Assembly: GCA_018662825.1 (NCBI GenBank)
Contig: JABJFI010000002.1
Location: 57 to 64,056 of the forward strand
From: Methanobacteriota archaeon
GTDB taxonomy: Archaea; Thermoplasmatota; Poseidoniia; Poseidoniales; Poseidoniaceae
Direction: 5' to 3'
Length of the DNA: 64,000 nucleotides
How positions within the stretch are numbered: position 1 is the stretch's first letter; the number at the start of each line of letters is the position of its first letter. Made by a program: the position numbers and the translations under genes. This document shows positions 27,544 through 36,066 of this stretch, piece by piece. The notes under the pieces were generated by a model that was given only the letters and a program-made list of their open reading frames with translations, was not told where the DNA came from and did not search any database.

Positions 27544-28142
27544 AGTCAAATACTCGTAACGAAATTCAAGAAGACAAGATTGCAGCGATTGGTATCGGTG
27601 CAATGATTGTTTTTATCGCATTGATTCTTGTTGCTGCAGTTGCAGCAGCAGTAATCATTCAAACAGCTGAAAAGTTGCAACAAAATGCACAAAAGACTGG
27701 TGACGACACTGCCGATAACATGGCAGGAAAAATCATGATTATGCAAGGTAATGTTGCAACTGCTTCTGCTGCGGCGCACTCCGTCCTCTTCACGGCTGGG
27801 GAAGCATATCTGCTTATGGTTCGACTTGCACCAGGTAGTGATACTACCGCACTCAACAGTATTACCTTTCAATTATTCTGTGCAAATGGAGTTGTAGAAG
27901 GTACAATGGGCACAGTCGGAATGGGTACTGCAGCAGCAATGACAGCCCATGCCACTGCCGTTACATCACTGACACCAGGAGTTGGTTACTTGATCTGGAT
28001 TGATGGTGACGGCGGTGGAGCAGATTGTTCACCGGATTCAGGTGATGCATCAGTTGAATTGTATCTGCACGTTGCAAATGGTGGAACAACATTTGAGACT
28101 CTTACGATTGATAACACCGCCGGTGGTTCCCTAGTTGTCTGA
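27540..28142 (+). CDS. flaB: Archaellin (archaeal flagellin) 2
   Basis: Same N-terminal helix, RLAPGSD motif; ATGA overlap with archaellin 1. Confidence 0.93.
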   Translation: MKSNTRNEIQEDKIAAIGIGAMIVFIALILVAAVAAAVIIQTAEKLQQNAQKTGDDTADNMAGKIMIMQGNVATASAAAHSVLFTAGEAYLLMVRLAPGSDTTALNSITFQLFCANGVVEGTMGTVGMGTAAAMTAHATAVTSLTPGVGYLIWIDGDGGGADCSPDSGDASVELYLHVANGGTTFETLTIDNTAGGSLVV

Positions 28143-28200
28143 TTATTTCTAAGGGTTGTAGTGGCCGAAAGGCTGAACGACCCTTGGAGGAGGAATCAAC

Positions 28201-29049
28201 ATGGCATGGCCATTTAGCGGTAACGCAGATAAAAATCGGGATGCAGACGCAGAACTTACAGAGGAACGACTCAAAATCATGGCAAATATTGCCATCGAGC
28301 AAGTCCCACTTCCAGAAGAGGGGGAACTCAGTGAAGAAGATGCGTGGACTATTAGTCCAAGCCCAACCCGAGCGCGAATGAATAGTTTAGGTAGTGTACC
28401 AACGGTTGCAGCAACACTTGCACCAACGGCACCTGCTCAAACAAGCACAACAGTGGACACCTCAGGGTTAGAACGCTTAATCAGCAGTCGTCTAGACATG
28501 GTCGAAGACGTATTGCGGATGGTTGAAGTTCGACTCGAGGCCCCTCAAGCAGCCCCAGTAATGGATGCTGAAGGAAATCCTGTTGAAGGTTTAGAAGCAG
28601 TTGGAGATGAGGCAATGATGGGTGGAGACACCATCGTCACTGCAAGTGGCGAAGTCATTCCTGTTTCTGGTGTTGACCGAATGATGAATGATGACAGTGC
28701 ACCTTTGGTGGAATTGTACGAGGCTCAAGCACTCGCAGCAAATCCATTCTTGCATGCGCCGTCCAGTGGTGGAACAGCCGATGCAAATCGGGTTGGAGCA
28801 CCTACTGTCTCTGCTTTACTTCTTGACTCAATGTCGGGAATGGCAGCGGTGAGTTTTGCTCAGAAAGCGATATCATCAGGTATGCTAAGCGATGAAGAAG
28901 GGCGGGCTGTGCTTGCTATTGTTCAACTCGCAGCACCTGGTGAATCAGAAGCAGCTTTGGATGACCATTTGTCTCACAAGGAATTGCTCGTCTTTTCATC
29001 ACTCGTCAGTTCATGGCGCAGTGTGAAAACACTTCGAGGTGAAAACTGA
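28201..29049 (+). CDS. Divergent ArlC/D/E (FlaCDE)-like fusion protein
   Basis: Lies between flaB and flaF. Coiled coil followed by LVELYEAQALAANPFL (cf. FlaC L..YE.V...INPF); C-terminal SGMLSDEE...HLSHKELLVFSSLV (cf. FlaD/E GWIS...L...DH..SL). SD GGAGGAGG. Confidence 0.55.
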   Translation: MAWPFSGNADKNRDADAELTEERLKIMANIAIEQVPLPEEGELSEEDAWTISPSPTRARMNSLGSVPTVAATLAPTAPAQTSTTVDTSGLERLISSRLDMVEDVLRMVEVRLEAPQAAPVMDAEGNPVEGLEAVGDEAMMGGDTIVTASGEVIPVSGVDRMMNDDSAPLVELYEAQALAANPFLHAPSSGGTADANRVGAPTVSALLLDSMSGMAAVSFAQKAISSGMLSDEEGRAVLAIVQLAAPGESEAALDDHLSHKELLVFSSLVSSWRSVKTLRGEN

Positions 29050-29050
29050 G

Positions 29051-29740
29051 ATGGGCGCCTCGGTTGGAATTGGAGGTCTCATCGTTGGGATCTCAATGTT
29101 GGTGGTCTTTTCAATGGCCATTACAGCATTGGACGCACAGGTTGCAACCGGATTGGATGCAATTGAAAGCGCTTCAGTTCCAGACCCGAGTTTTACTGTT
29201 GATGATGTGAACATTGCACAATTTGCGATTCATGAAGTCAATATGACTCTTGGAAACCAAGGAACAGGCTACAGCGATGGGATTTTACGAGCAAACGTAG
29301 GTTCTGGTGAATGTGGCGGATTTTCCGCTACTTTTACTCAAACGGGTGGACAAATTGATTTAGGAAGCGTGGTTATCACCAACCATGGAAACTGTCCTAA
29401 TTCAAATCCTCCAACTTGGACGATCTACGATTCGACTTTATCCATCCAAACCCCGACTTCAGTGGCGAATTTCTCTGCTCCTTTGTTCAGACAATACATT
29501 TACGCGAACATCACGAATCATGGTTCACTTACTCTTTCAACTGATGAAGTGTGGGTGTTTTATGATGGAGAAGACCCTGAAACATTAACCGCTTCGTCTT
29601 CACTTACAGGTTCGAGTACCAACTGGTACTCTGGCGAAACGCGTGTCTTGCACTGGGATGATAATCCCAGTTCAAACACTGCATACGAACGTATTGCATT
29701 TACTGCTGGAGCTACAACAATTGTAAGGGCAACATCCTGA
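29051..29740 (+). CDS. flaF: Archaellum stator-associated protein ArlF (FlaF)-like
   Basis: MGASVGIGGLIVGISMLVVF N-terminal TM, ITNHGSLTLS...VFYDG...WYSGET pattern, gene order. SD GAGGTGA favours ATG 29051 over GTG 29039. Confidence 0.7.
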   Translation: MGASVGIGGLIVGISMLVVFSMAITALDAQVATGLDAIESASVPDPSFTVDDVNIAQFAIHEVNMTLGNQGTGYSDGILRANVGSGECGGFSATFTQTGGQIDLGSVVITNHGNCPNSNPPTWTIYDSTLSIQTPTSVANFSAPLFRQYIYANITNHGSLTLSTDEVWVFYDGEDPETLTASSSLTGSSTNWYSGETRVLHWDDNPSSNTAYERIAFTAGATTIVRATS

Positions 29741-29749
29741 GGTTTTACT

Positions 29750-30247
29750 ATGGCAGATGGAGGGGCTTCTACATACATAATGCTGATTACAGCATTATTA
29801 GTGTCAAGTTCAGCCAGTGCTGTGCTTATTCAAGAATGGTCTTCTTCATCCCGAGTGATTCAACACCAACAAAGGGGATTACAATTTTCAGAAGAGTTGG
29901 GGGTCGACTTTGCAGGAGACCCAATGAATGTGAATCTTGCACGAACGAATCCTGATACAATTACCTTTTACATTTTGAATACAGGTGAACATACTATGAA
30001 CGAGACGAAAATGGAAGTTTTAATCGACGGTTTGTCGATTTCATCTTCTGAAGTGACAACATCATTTGTTGGTTCTGCTACCGATTGGAATCCGAATGTC
30101 ATGGTAGAAGTGGAGGTTTCTAATTCGTCTTTTAATTCATATAATGATGGCGATGACATCAGTATTTTTACCACTGTAGTATCTGATTCAGTATCAGGAA
30201 TGTCAGCCAGTGCAAGTTTTGGAGTGGAGGTGCGTCTAGATGTCTGA
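29750..30247 (+). CDS. flaG: Archaellum protein ArlG (FlaG)
   Basis: N-terminal TM (ASTYIMLITALLVSS), DP...ITFYILNTG...VLIDG...W.P pattern, located directly before flaH. Confidence 0.8.
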   Translation: MADGGASTYIMLITALLVSSSASAVLIQEWSSSSRVIQHQQRGLQFSEELGVDFAGDPMNVNLARTNPDTITFYILNTGEHTMNETKMEVLIDGLSISSSEVTTSFVGSATDWNPNVMVEVEVSNSSFNSYNDGDDISIFTTVVSDSVSGMSASASFGVEVRLDV

Positions 30248-30983
30248 TGACCCTGTAAAAGAGGACCCATTCCTTACGGCACACAAACCGATTGAAGATG
30301 GATTTCCTTACGAACTGGAAACCGATTCATTAGCGGATTCCATGGGTCTGCGGTTACCAAACCGTTCTCTAATGATTCTCCAAGGTACCGTTGGTGGAGG
30401 TAAATCTCTTCTTTCTCAACGTCTTGCCTATGGTTTGGCAGAAAATGATGTCAAAGTTCTAGTGATTACGACCGAACTTACCACTCGTGGATGGGTTGAA
30501 CAGATGGAGTCAATTGGCTATGGAGTGACTGAATCTATTCGCTCTGGCCAACTTTTGGTCTTCAGCCGATTCGGTACAATTGCTGAATCTTTACCTGAGG
30601 TTGGTCTCGAAGAACTTCTTGAATCTGAAGCGATTGAACTTGCTGATGTTGTTATCATTGATTCTGCAAGTTCTATTATGCCTGCAGATTTAGATGACAT
30701 CAGTCGATTCAAACTAATGCAAAAACTTCGTCAAGTTTGTTCGAAGGGTCGGTCACTTATGCTGTGTATCGACCCTGAAGAAATGGACCACAAATTATTA
30801 CATACTATGCGTGCATCTTCTGAAGTCGTTTTAGATTTACAAACAGCGATGATAGGTGGAGAAATCAAGCGAAATATCGTGATTACCCGCTACCTTCGGG
30901 CAGCAGGGCCAATTCAAACATCGATTGGATGGCGTGTTGAACCCGGCATGGGATTCATCGTCGATATTACAGCAGTGAGCTGA
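30240..30983 (+). CDS. flaH: Archaellum RecA/KaiC-like ATP-binding protein ArlH (FlaH)
   Basis: Walker A GTVGGGKSLLSQRLAYG, ITTELT, VIIDS, C-terminal WRVEPGMGFIVDI. Confidence 0.92.
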   Translation: MSDDPVKEDPFLTAHKPIEDGFPYELETDSLADSMGLRLPNRSLMILQGTVGGGKSLLSQRLAYGLAENDVKVLVITTELTTRGWVEQMESIGYGVTESIRSGQLLVFSRFGTIAESLPEVGLEELLESEAIELADVVIIDSASSIMPADLDDISRFKLMQKLRQVCSKGRSLMLCIDPEEMDHKLLHTMRASSEVVLDLQTAMIGGEIKRNIVITRYLRAAGPIQTSIGWRVEPGMGFIVDITAVS

Positions 30984-30997
30984 TGGAGTGATTTGAA

Positions 30998-32716
30998 ATG
31001 GCCGCCGATGAACCAAGATTCGCTAAAGGTGACCTCAATGGGGTTATGAATGCACATTCTCACGTTGCTGAATGGGTAAGTGATTTCGAATCGAGATATG
31101 GTACACGTCCGATTTACTATGGAGAGTTGGACCGTGGAGCAAAGAAAGAACGTCCTTTCAATCTCATTTACATTACTAAAGAACCGATTTTTGTTCATAT
31201 CTATGAGCCACCGGCTGATGAAGAAGGTGGAGGGCAAATCCTTTGGTTTGGACTTGAGCCACAACTTTCTGAGGAAGAGGAAAACCTTCGACGTGGATTA
31301 ATCGAAACTCTACTGCAAGAAGCGCCTAGTGCACCTACATTTACTACAGATGATGAATTCGAAAATATTCTCTCTCAGATGATTGAGCGATATACACTCC
31401 TCGACACGGATGCCAACTCAACTGTTAGGCGCCAAGGACGATTATGGGAAATGATGGGGATGGATGACAAACGCGTCATTGTTACTGAAGCGCAACGCGA
31501 ACGCTTGCGATATATCGTGGTTCGAGATTTAATTCGTAACGGCCCATTAGAGCCGCTTCTTTCCGATGAAATGCTGGAAGATATTCACTCGATTGGATTG
31601 AAGCATGTTCACATGGACCACAAGGTGTTTGGAATGGTCACCTCAAATATCCGATTCCGTGACCGCGAATTACTTTCAAGGTTTTTACGAGCGATGTCAG
31701 AAAGAATCGGGCGCCCAGTATCGGATAACAAGCCGATTATCGATGGTGCATTACTTGACGGCTCTCGTATCAATATCATTTTCTCTGATGACGTTTCGAT
31801 GCTCGGTCCATCGTTTACGATTCGTAAATTCGCTGAAGAAACAATTTCTATCACTCAACTGATTGCTTGGGGAACTATTTCAGCTCAAGTTGCTGCATAT
31901 ATCTGGATATGTCTTGAATACGGTATGTCCGTGTTGGTGTCCGGAGAAACCGCTTCGGGAAAAACTACAACATTGAATGCGATTTTACCTTTCATTGACC
32001 ACAATGTCAAGATATATTCTGCTGAGGACACCCCTGAAGTAAAGGTCCGACACAAGATTTGGCAACGGTTAGTTACACGTTCTTCAAAGAATGAAGAATC
32101 CCGTGTTGAAATGTTCGATTTGCTTAAAGCGGCTTTGAGAAGCCGTCCTCGATACATCATCATTGGTGAGATTCGTGGTGTTGAAGGGGCTACGGCCTTC
32201 CAAGCAATGCAGACTGGGCACCCCGTCATTGCTACTTTCCACGCATCATCAATTGTCAAAATGATTCAAAGATTTACAGGTGACCCAATCAATGTCCCAA
32301 TTCGATTTTTCGATAACTTGAATTTTGCCATTTTCCAAGAAGTAGTCGAAGCACCTGGTGGAGGTATTGCTCGACGTGTCACAGGTATCGATGAAGTAAT
32401 TGGCTACAACAAACACAGCGATGGTGTATTGACCCGTGGTATGTTCGAATGGGACCCGGTAAAGGATAAGCATTACTTCCGAGGAATGTTCCAAAGCCAT
32501 CTTCTTGAAAATAAAATCGCAGCAATGGCTGGATTTTCAAATAAGCGTGACATCTATGATGAAATGCTCAAGCGTGCAGACGCTCTTGACAGAATGGTTG
32601 ACCGAGAATTGACGCATTATGACGATGTTTTCGATTTGTTAGGAATTTACTACAACAGCGGTTGGGAACACTTTGACAGAGCAGTCGATACATGGACTGG
32701 AGTAAACCAAGGCTGA
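30998..32716 (+). CDS. flaI: Archaellum motor ATPase ArlI (FlaI)
   Basis: GPLEPLLSD..LEDI, DGSRINI, SFTIRKF, GETASGKTT, AEDTPE, ALRSRPRYIIIGEIRG, QAMQTGH, TFHA. Confidence 0.95.
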   Translation: MAADEPRFAKGDLNGVMNAHSHVAEWVSDFESRYGTRPIYYGELDRGAKKERPFNLIYITKEPIFVHIYEPPADEEGGGQILWFGLEPQLSEEEENLRRGLIETLLQEAPSAPTFTTDDEFENILSQMIERYTLLDTDANSTVRRQGRLWEMMGMDDKRVIVTEAQRERLRYIVVRDLIRNGPLEPLLSDEMLEDIHSIGLKHVHMDHKVFGMVTSNIRFRDRELLSRFLRAMSERIGRPVSDNKPIIDGALLDGSRINIIFSDDVSMLGPSFTIRKFAEETISITQLIAWGTISAQVAAYIWICLEYGMSVLVSGETASGKTTTLNAILPFIDHNVKIYSAEDTPEVKVRHKIWQRLVTRSSKNEESRVEMFDLLKAALRSRPRYIIIGEIRGVEGATAFQAMQTGHPVIATFHASSIVKMIQRFTGDPINVPIRFFDNLNFAIFQEVVEAPGGGIARRVTGIDEVIGYNKHSDGVLTRGMFEWDPVKDKHYFRGMFQSHLLENKIAAMAGFSNKRDIYDEMLKRADALDRMVDRELTHYDDVFDLLGIYYNSGWEHFDRAVDTWTGVNQG

Positions 32717-32727
32717 GGTGATGTCGA

Positions 32728-34530
32728 ATGCAGCGAATGTCTTTCTGGCAAATCGCCCTTCGGCGGGTCGATATGCCTGTTGGCAGATTTCTTCTCATCT
32801 ATGTTGGAGGCTCTGCTATTGCTGGTTTCTTTTTTTCCTTAATCCTCATTTTCTTAACGGGTGGTTTAGTTGAGGGCGCCCTATTTTCAGGCGTTTCGGG
32901 TATTTTGTTGCTCATTCTACTTCCACTTCTCTCGGCTGTATCTGCTGCAGCGTTCCCTTTACTTGATGTACAGCGTTCAGCGACGATGATTGAGAAAGAG
33001 ATGCATATGTTCATCACAAGAATGGGCATTCTATCGTTGGGTGAAGTTGGTGCACAATCAATTTTCGATATTTTGAAACAAATGAGTGATTATGGTGAAT
33101 TAGCGAATGAAGTCAAGAGAATTGAAGTTCTTGTCGACAAATGGCACACATCCCTGCCGGAGGCATCACGTATTGTAGCACAACAAAGTCCGAGTCCATT
33201 ATGGGCGGATTTCCTTGACAGAATGGCTTTTTCAATTGAAGCGGGACAAGCAATTGACGGATTTATGCGCTCGGAACAAGAAACGGTTGCTGAGCAGTAC
33301 ACTACCCTGTATGACACACGCCTTGAATCAGTCGACATGATGAAGGAAATTTACGTTTCTTTGGTTTCCGCCGGATTATTTGGTCTCGTGATTGCCGGAA
33401 TTCATTTGGTTTTATTCGAAGTCGGTTCGGCAACTGATACACCAATTATGGTCGCTAGTAGATTGAGATTCCTTCTTTTGGCCTCGCTTCTTTTCACTGT
33501 CGTTCAGATAGGTGCTGTCTTTGCTTTTAAAGCAACAGTCCCCGACGATCCGACTTTTGCTCGCGATGAAATGGATACTCCATTCCGAATAAATTTCCTC
33601 CGTGCTCTTGTCGGTGCAGGGATTTTGACAGCATTCCTTCTTGTGATAATGACATTGTTATTAGCCTCTGCCTGGACTGCAATTACAACCCAATGGGACC
33701 GATATGGTCTTATTTTTATTGCCGCCCCACTCACGCCAATGCTGATTCCAGCATTGATGATTAGTCGTGAAGAAAGACAAGTTTTGCGCCGTGATGAAAC
33801 ATATCCTGATTTTATTCGTGCTTTAGGAGGCACAGCACAGGCTCGTTCCGCAGAACCATCTGCTACAATTAAGGCATTACGTGGGATTGATTTTGGTATG
33901 CTTGATCGCTCTATTGACCGGTTGGAAAGACGTCTTTCGACTCGAATCGATTCTGACCGTGCTTGGGATTATTTCAATGCAGATACAAATTCAGCAGTCA
34001 TTTCTCGCTATACAAGAATTTACATCGAAGGCTCTCAATCCTCTGGAAAGCCAGCAGATACAGCCGAAATGGTCTCTCGTTCGGTGGGTAGTCTTCTTTC
34101 ATTGCGCCGTAGAAGAGCCTTGTCAGCAGATACGATGCGGGGTGTAGCCCTTGGTTTGTTAATCGCTTCAGTAACAAGTTTGAACGTCACCATTGCAATT
34201 GTTCTCAAACTTGGAGATTCAATTGCAGGTGTTGCTTCTAATTTCACAGATACCGATGTTTCCGCACTCTCTGAATTTGGCGCTGGACTAGCTTTACCGG
34301 TAATGGAAGATGCTTCAGGTGTGGGGGAAAATATACGAATGTTCAAAATTATTGTATCGATATTGATTCTTTTCCAAGTTGCTGCGGTTTCCATAATATC
34401 AAATCGCTTACGAGGTGGAGCTCGTACAACAGCACTTGGTCAAGCCATTCAGTTGCTATGGGTTGCAGGTATTACCTCTTACATCACCTCTCGCATCCTT
34501 GAAGCAGCATCTGCTGTATTCGGTGTCTAA
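32728..34530 (+). CDS. flaJ: Archaellum membrane platform protein ArlJ (FlaJ)
   Basis: Multi-TM GspF/TadC-like protein with two cytoplasmic domains (MHMFITRMGILS, DFLDRMAFSIEAG, RRDETYPDFIRALG); follows flaI; SD GAGGTGA. Confidence 0.92.
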   Translation: MQRMSFWQIALRRVDMPVGRFLLIYVGGSAIAGFFFSLILIFLTGGLVEGALFSGVSGILLLILLPLLSAVSAAAFPLLDVQRSATMIEKEMHMFITRMGILSLGEVGAQSIFDILKQMSDYGELANEVKRIEVLVDKWHTSLPEASRIVAQQSPSPLWADFLDRMAFSIEAGQAIDGFMRSEQETVAEQYTTLYDTRLESVDMMKEIYVSLVSAGLFGLVIAGIHLVLFEVGSATDTPIMVASRLRFLLLASLLFTVVQIGAVFAFKATVPDDPTFARDEMDTPFRINFLRALVGAGILTAFLLVIMTLLLASAWTAITTQWDRYGLIFIAAPLTPMLIPALMISREERQVLRRDETYPDFIRALGGTAQARSAEPSATIKALRGIDFGMLDRSIDRLERRLSTRIDSDRAWDYFNADTNSAVISRYTRIYIEGSQSSGKPADTAEMVSRSVGSLLSLRRRRALSADTMRGVALGLLIASVTSLNVTIAIVLKLGDSIAGVASNFTDTDVSALSEFGAGLALPVMEDASGVGENIRMFKIIVSILILFQVAAVSIISNRLRGGARTTALGQAIQLLWVAGITSYITSRILEAASAVFGV

Positions 34531-34570
34531 TATACCCAATAACAATAACCCGCTTCTCTAATTTGTGGCC

Positions 34571-35044
34571 ATGCAAAGCCCCCCCCCGCCAACAGCCCCA
34601 ACCATTCCAACTATTGCTCCAGCCCCAGCCCCAGCCCCAGCAGCAGCCTCACCTTATCAGCCGGCAGCAGGTTTTCAGGAATCTGCAATGAGTTATTCTT
34701 TCCATCGCTGGCTCATGCTCGGTGTTATCCTCATTCTCGCATCCGTCATTTTTGTCGAAGTAGTAGGGATGTTTGGAGAACCATCAATCGTTGATTATGA
34801 TATGGAACTAGAAGGCACTCTTGACCAAATTGCCAAGGATACAGAAGCACATACGGATATGAATCGTGTAATTGGTTCAGTCGGAAGTATTCTTCAAGCC
34901 GTGGGCCTTGGAATGATTGGTTATGCACTACTGAGAACATCTCACGATGATAAGCATGAACATGCTGCTATGCGTGTAACTGCAATAATTCTAGGCGCTC
35001 TTGTTATCGTGAATATTGCGTCACGCAACATAACAGTCTTTTGA
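34571..35044 (+). CDS. Hypothetical 3-TM membrane protein with Pro/Ala-rich N-terminus
   Basis: ORF 34565..35044; three hydrophobic helices; APAPAPAPAAA tract encoded by CCAGCC repeats. Confidence 0.65.
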   Translation: MQSPPPPTAPTIPTIAPAPAPAPAAASPYQPAAGFQESAMSYSFHRWLMLGVILILASVIFVEVVGMFGEPSIVDYDMELEGTLDQIAKDTEAHTDMNRVIGSVGSILQAVGLGMIGYALLRTSHDDKHEHAAMRVTAIILGALVIVNIASRNITVF

Positions 35045-35045
35045 A

Positions 35046-35696
35046 TCAGCGTTTCTTTTCTTGAGCAATACGCTTTTTTGTTGCCGTCCATGAACAAATT
35101 GGACATTGCGTGAGGTCATGCCCTCTAGCAGGACAATATTCTCTACCGAAGAAGATAATCTGCAAGTGCAATTTATTCCAAATCTTCTTGGGAAATATTG
35201 CTTTGAGGTCTTTCTCAGTTCGCTCAACAGTAGTGTCATTTGACAATCCCCAACGAGCCGCGAGACGATGGATGTGTGTGTCGACAGGAAATGCTGGAAC
35301 ACCAAAGGCCTGTGCCATAACTACACTTGCAGTTTTGTGGCCAACACCGGGTAAATTCTCGAGTTCTTGAAAACTCTGAGGTACAACACCTGCATGCCTT
35401 TCAACTAGAAGTTCTGAAAGTCTGTGAATGTTTTTCGCTTTCGTTGGTGCCAGTCCAACTTGACGTATGTCACTGAGGATTGTATCAACGCTGAGTTTGA
35501 CCATGTCGTGCGGTGTTGGCGCTTTAGAAAATAGCGCTGGAGTGACTTGATTCACTTTGAGGTCCGTTGTCTGTGCACTCATCAATACAGCGACCAATAA
35601 TTGGAAATCGTTCTGATGGTCGAGAGGAACCGGTGTTTCAGGGTAGAACTCCTCAAGCATAACGACAATACGTTCTGCCTTTTCACTCCGTTTCAT
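35046..35696 (-). CDS. nth: Endonuclease III (HhH-GPD DNA glycosylase/AP lyase)
   Basis: LLVAVLMSAQTTD, LPGVGHKTASVV, FPVDTHIHR. ATG 35696 follows SD GGTGA (ORF track start 35720). Confidence 0.93.
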   Translation of the reverse strand: MKRSEKAERIVVMLEEFYPETPVPLDHQNDFQLLVAVLMSAQTTDLKVNQVTPALFSKAPTPHDMVKLSVDTILSDIRQVGLAPTKAKNIHRLSELLVERHAGVVPQSFQELENLPGVGHKTASVVMAQAFGVPAFPVDTHIHRLAARWGLSNDTTVERTEKDLKAIFPKKIWNKLHLQIIFFGREYCPARGHDLTQCPICSWTATKKRIAQEKKR

Positions 35697-35809
35697 TTCA
35701 TTCACCTTTGAAATCAACAATTATGCAGGTACTCCGCAGATGATATCAAACCTATTTCCAAGAAAGTCAATGTCGAAGATTTTTGTAGTGAAGCGGACAT
35801 TGAATCACC

Positions 35810-36019
35810 TCAAGATTCTATTCTGATATCGTATTCTTCTCCAGTTTTCCATCCGAATAGCAATCCAAGGAATACTGAGAGAAGAGGGATTCCATTACAG
35901 ATGAGCGATTCCATCGGCTCAGTCACTGGCTGGCCCGCAAGATACCAAATCAGCATTGCCAAAAGCAAGCCTGGAATCATCATGACCCCGCCCATAATCA
36001 GGGTTCTCAACAGACGCAT
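35810..36019 (-). CDS. Small 2-TM membrane protein
   Basis: MRLLRTLIMGGVMMIPGLLLAMLIWYL...NGIPLLSVFLGLLFGWK; start ATG 36019. Confidence 0.6.
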   Translation of the reverse strand: MRLLRTLIMGGVMMIPGLLLAMLIWYLAGQPVTEPMESLICNGIPLLSVFLGLLFGWKTGEEYDIRIES

Positions 36020-36066
36020 ATCACTGCCAGAAAGGGGTGAGTGATGAATGTGTGGTTTGAATACCT

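Noticed and set aside
34579-34645. C9 run and CCAGCC repeats as a phase-variation switch
   Set aside because: Explained by the Pro/Ala-rich coding sequence; the frame is intact and there is no evidence of variation.
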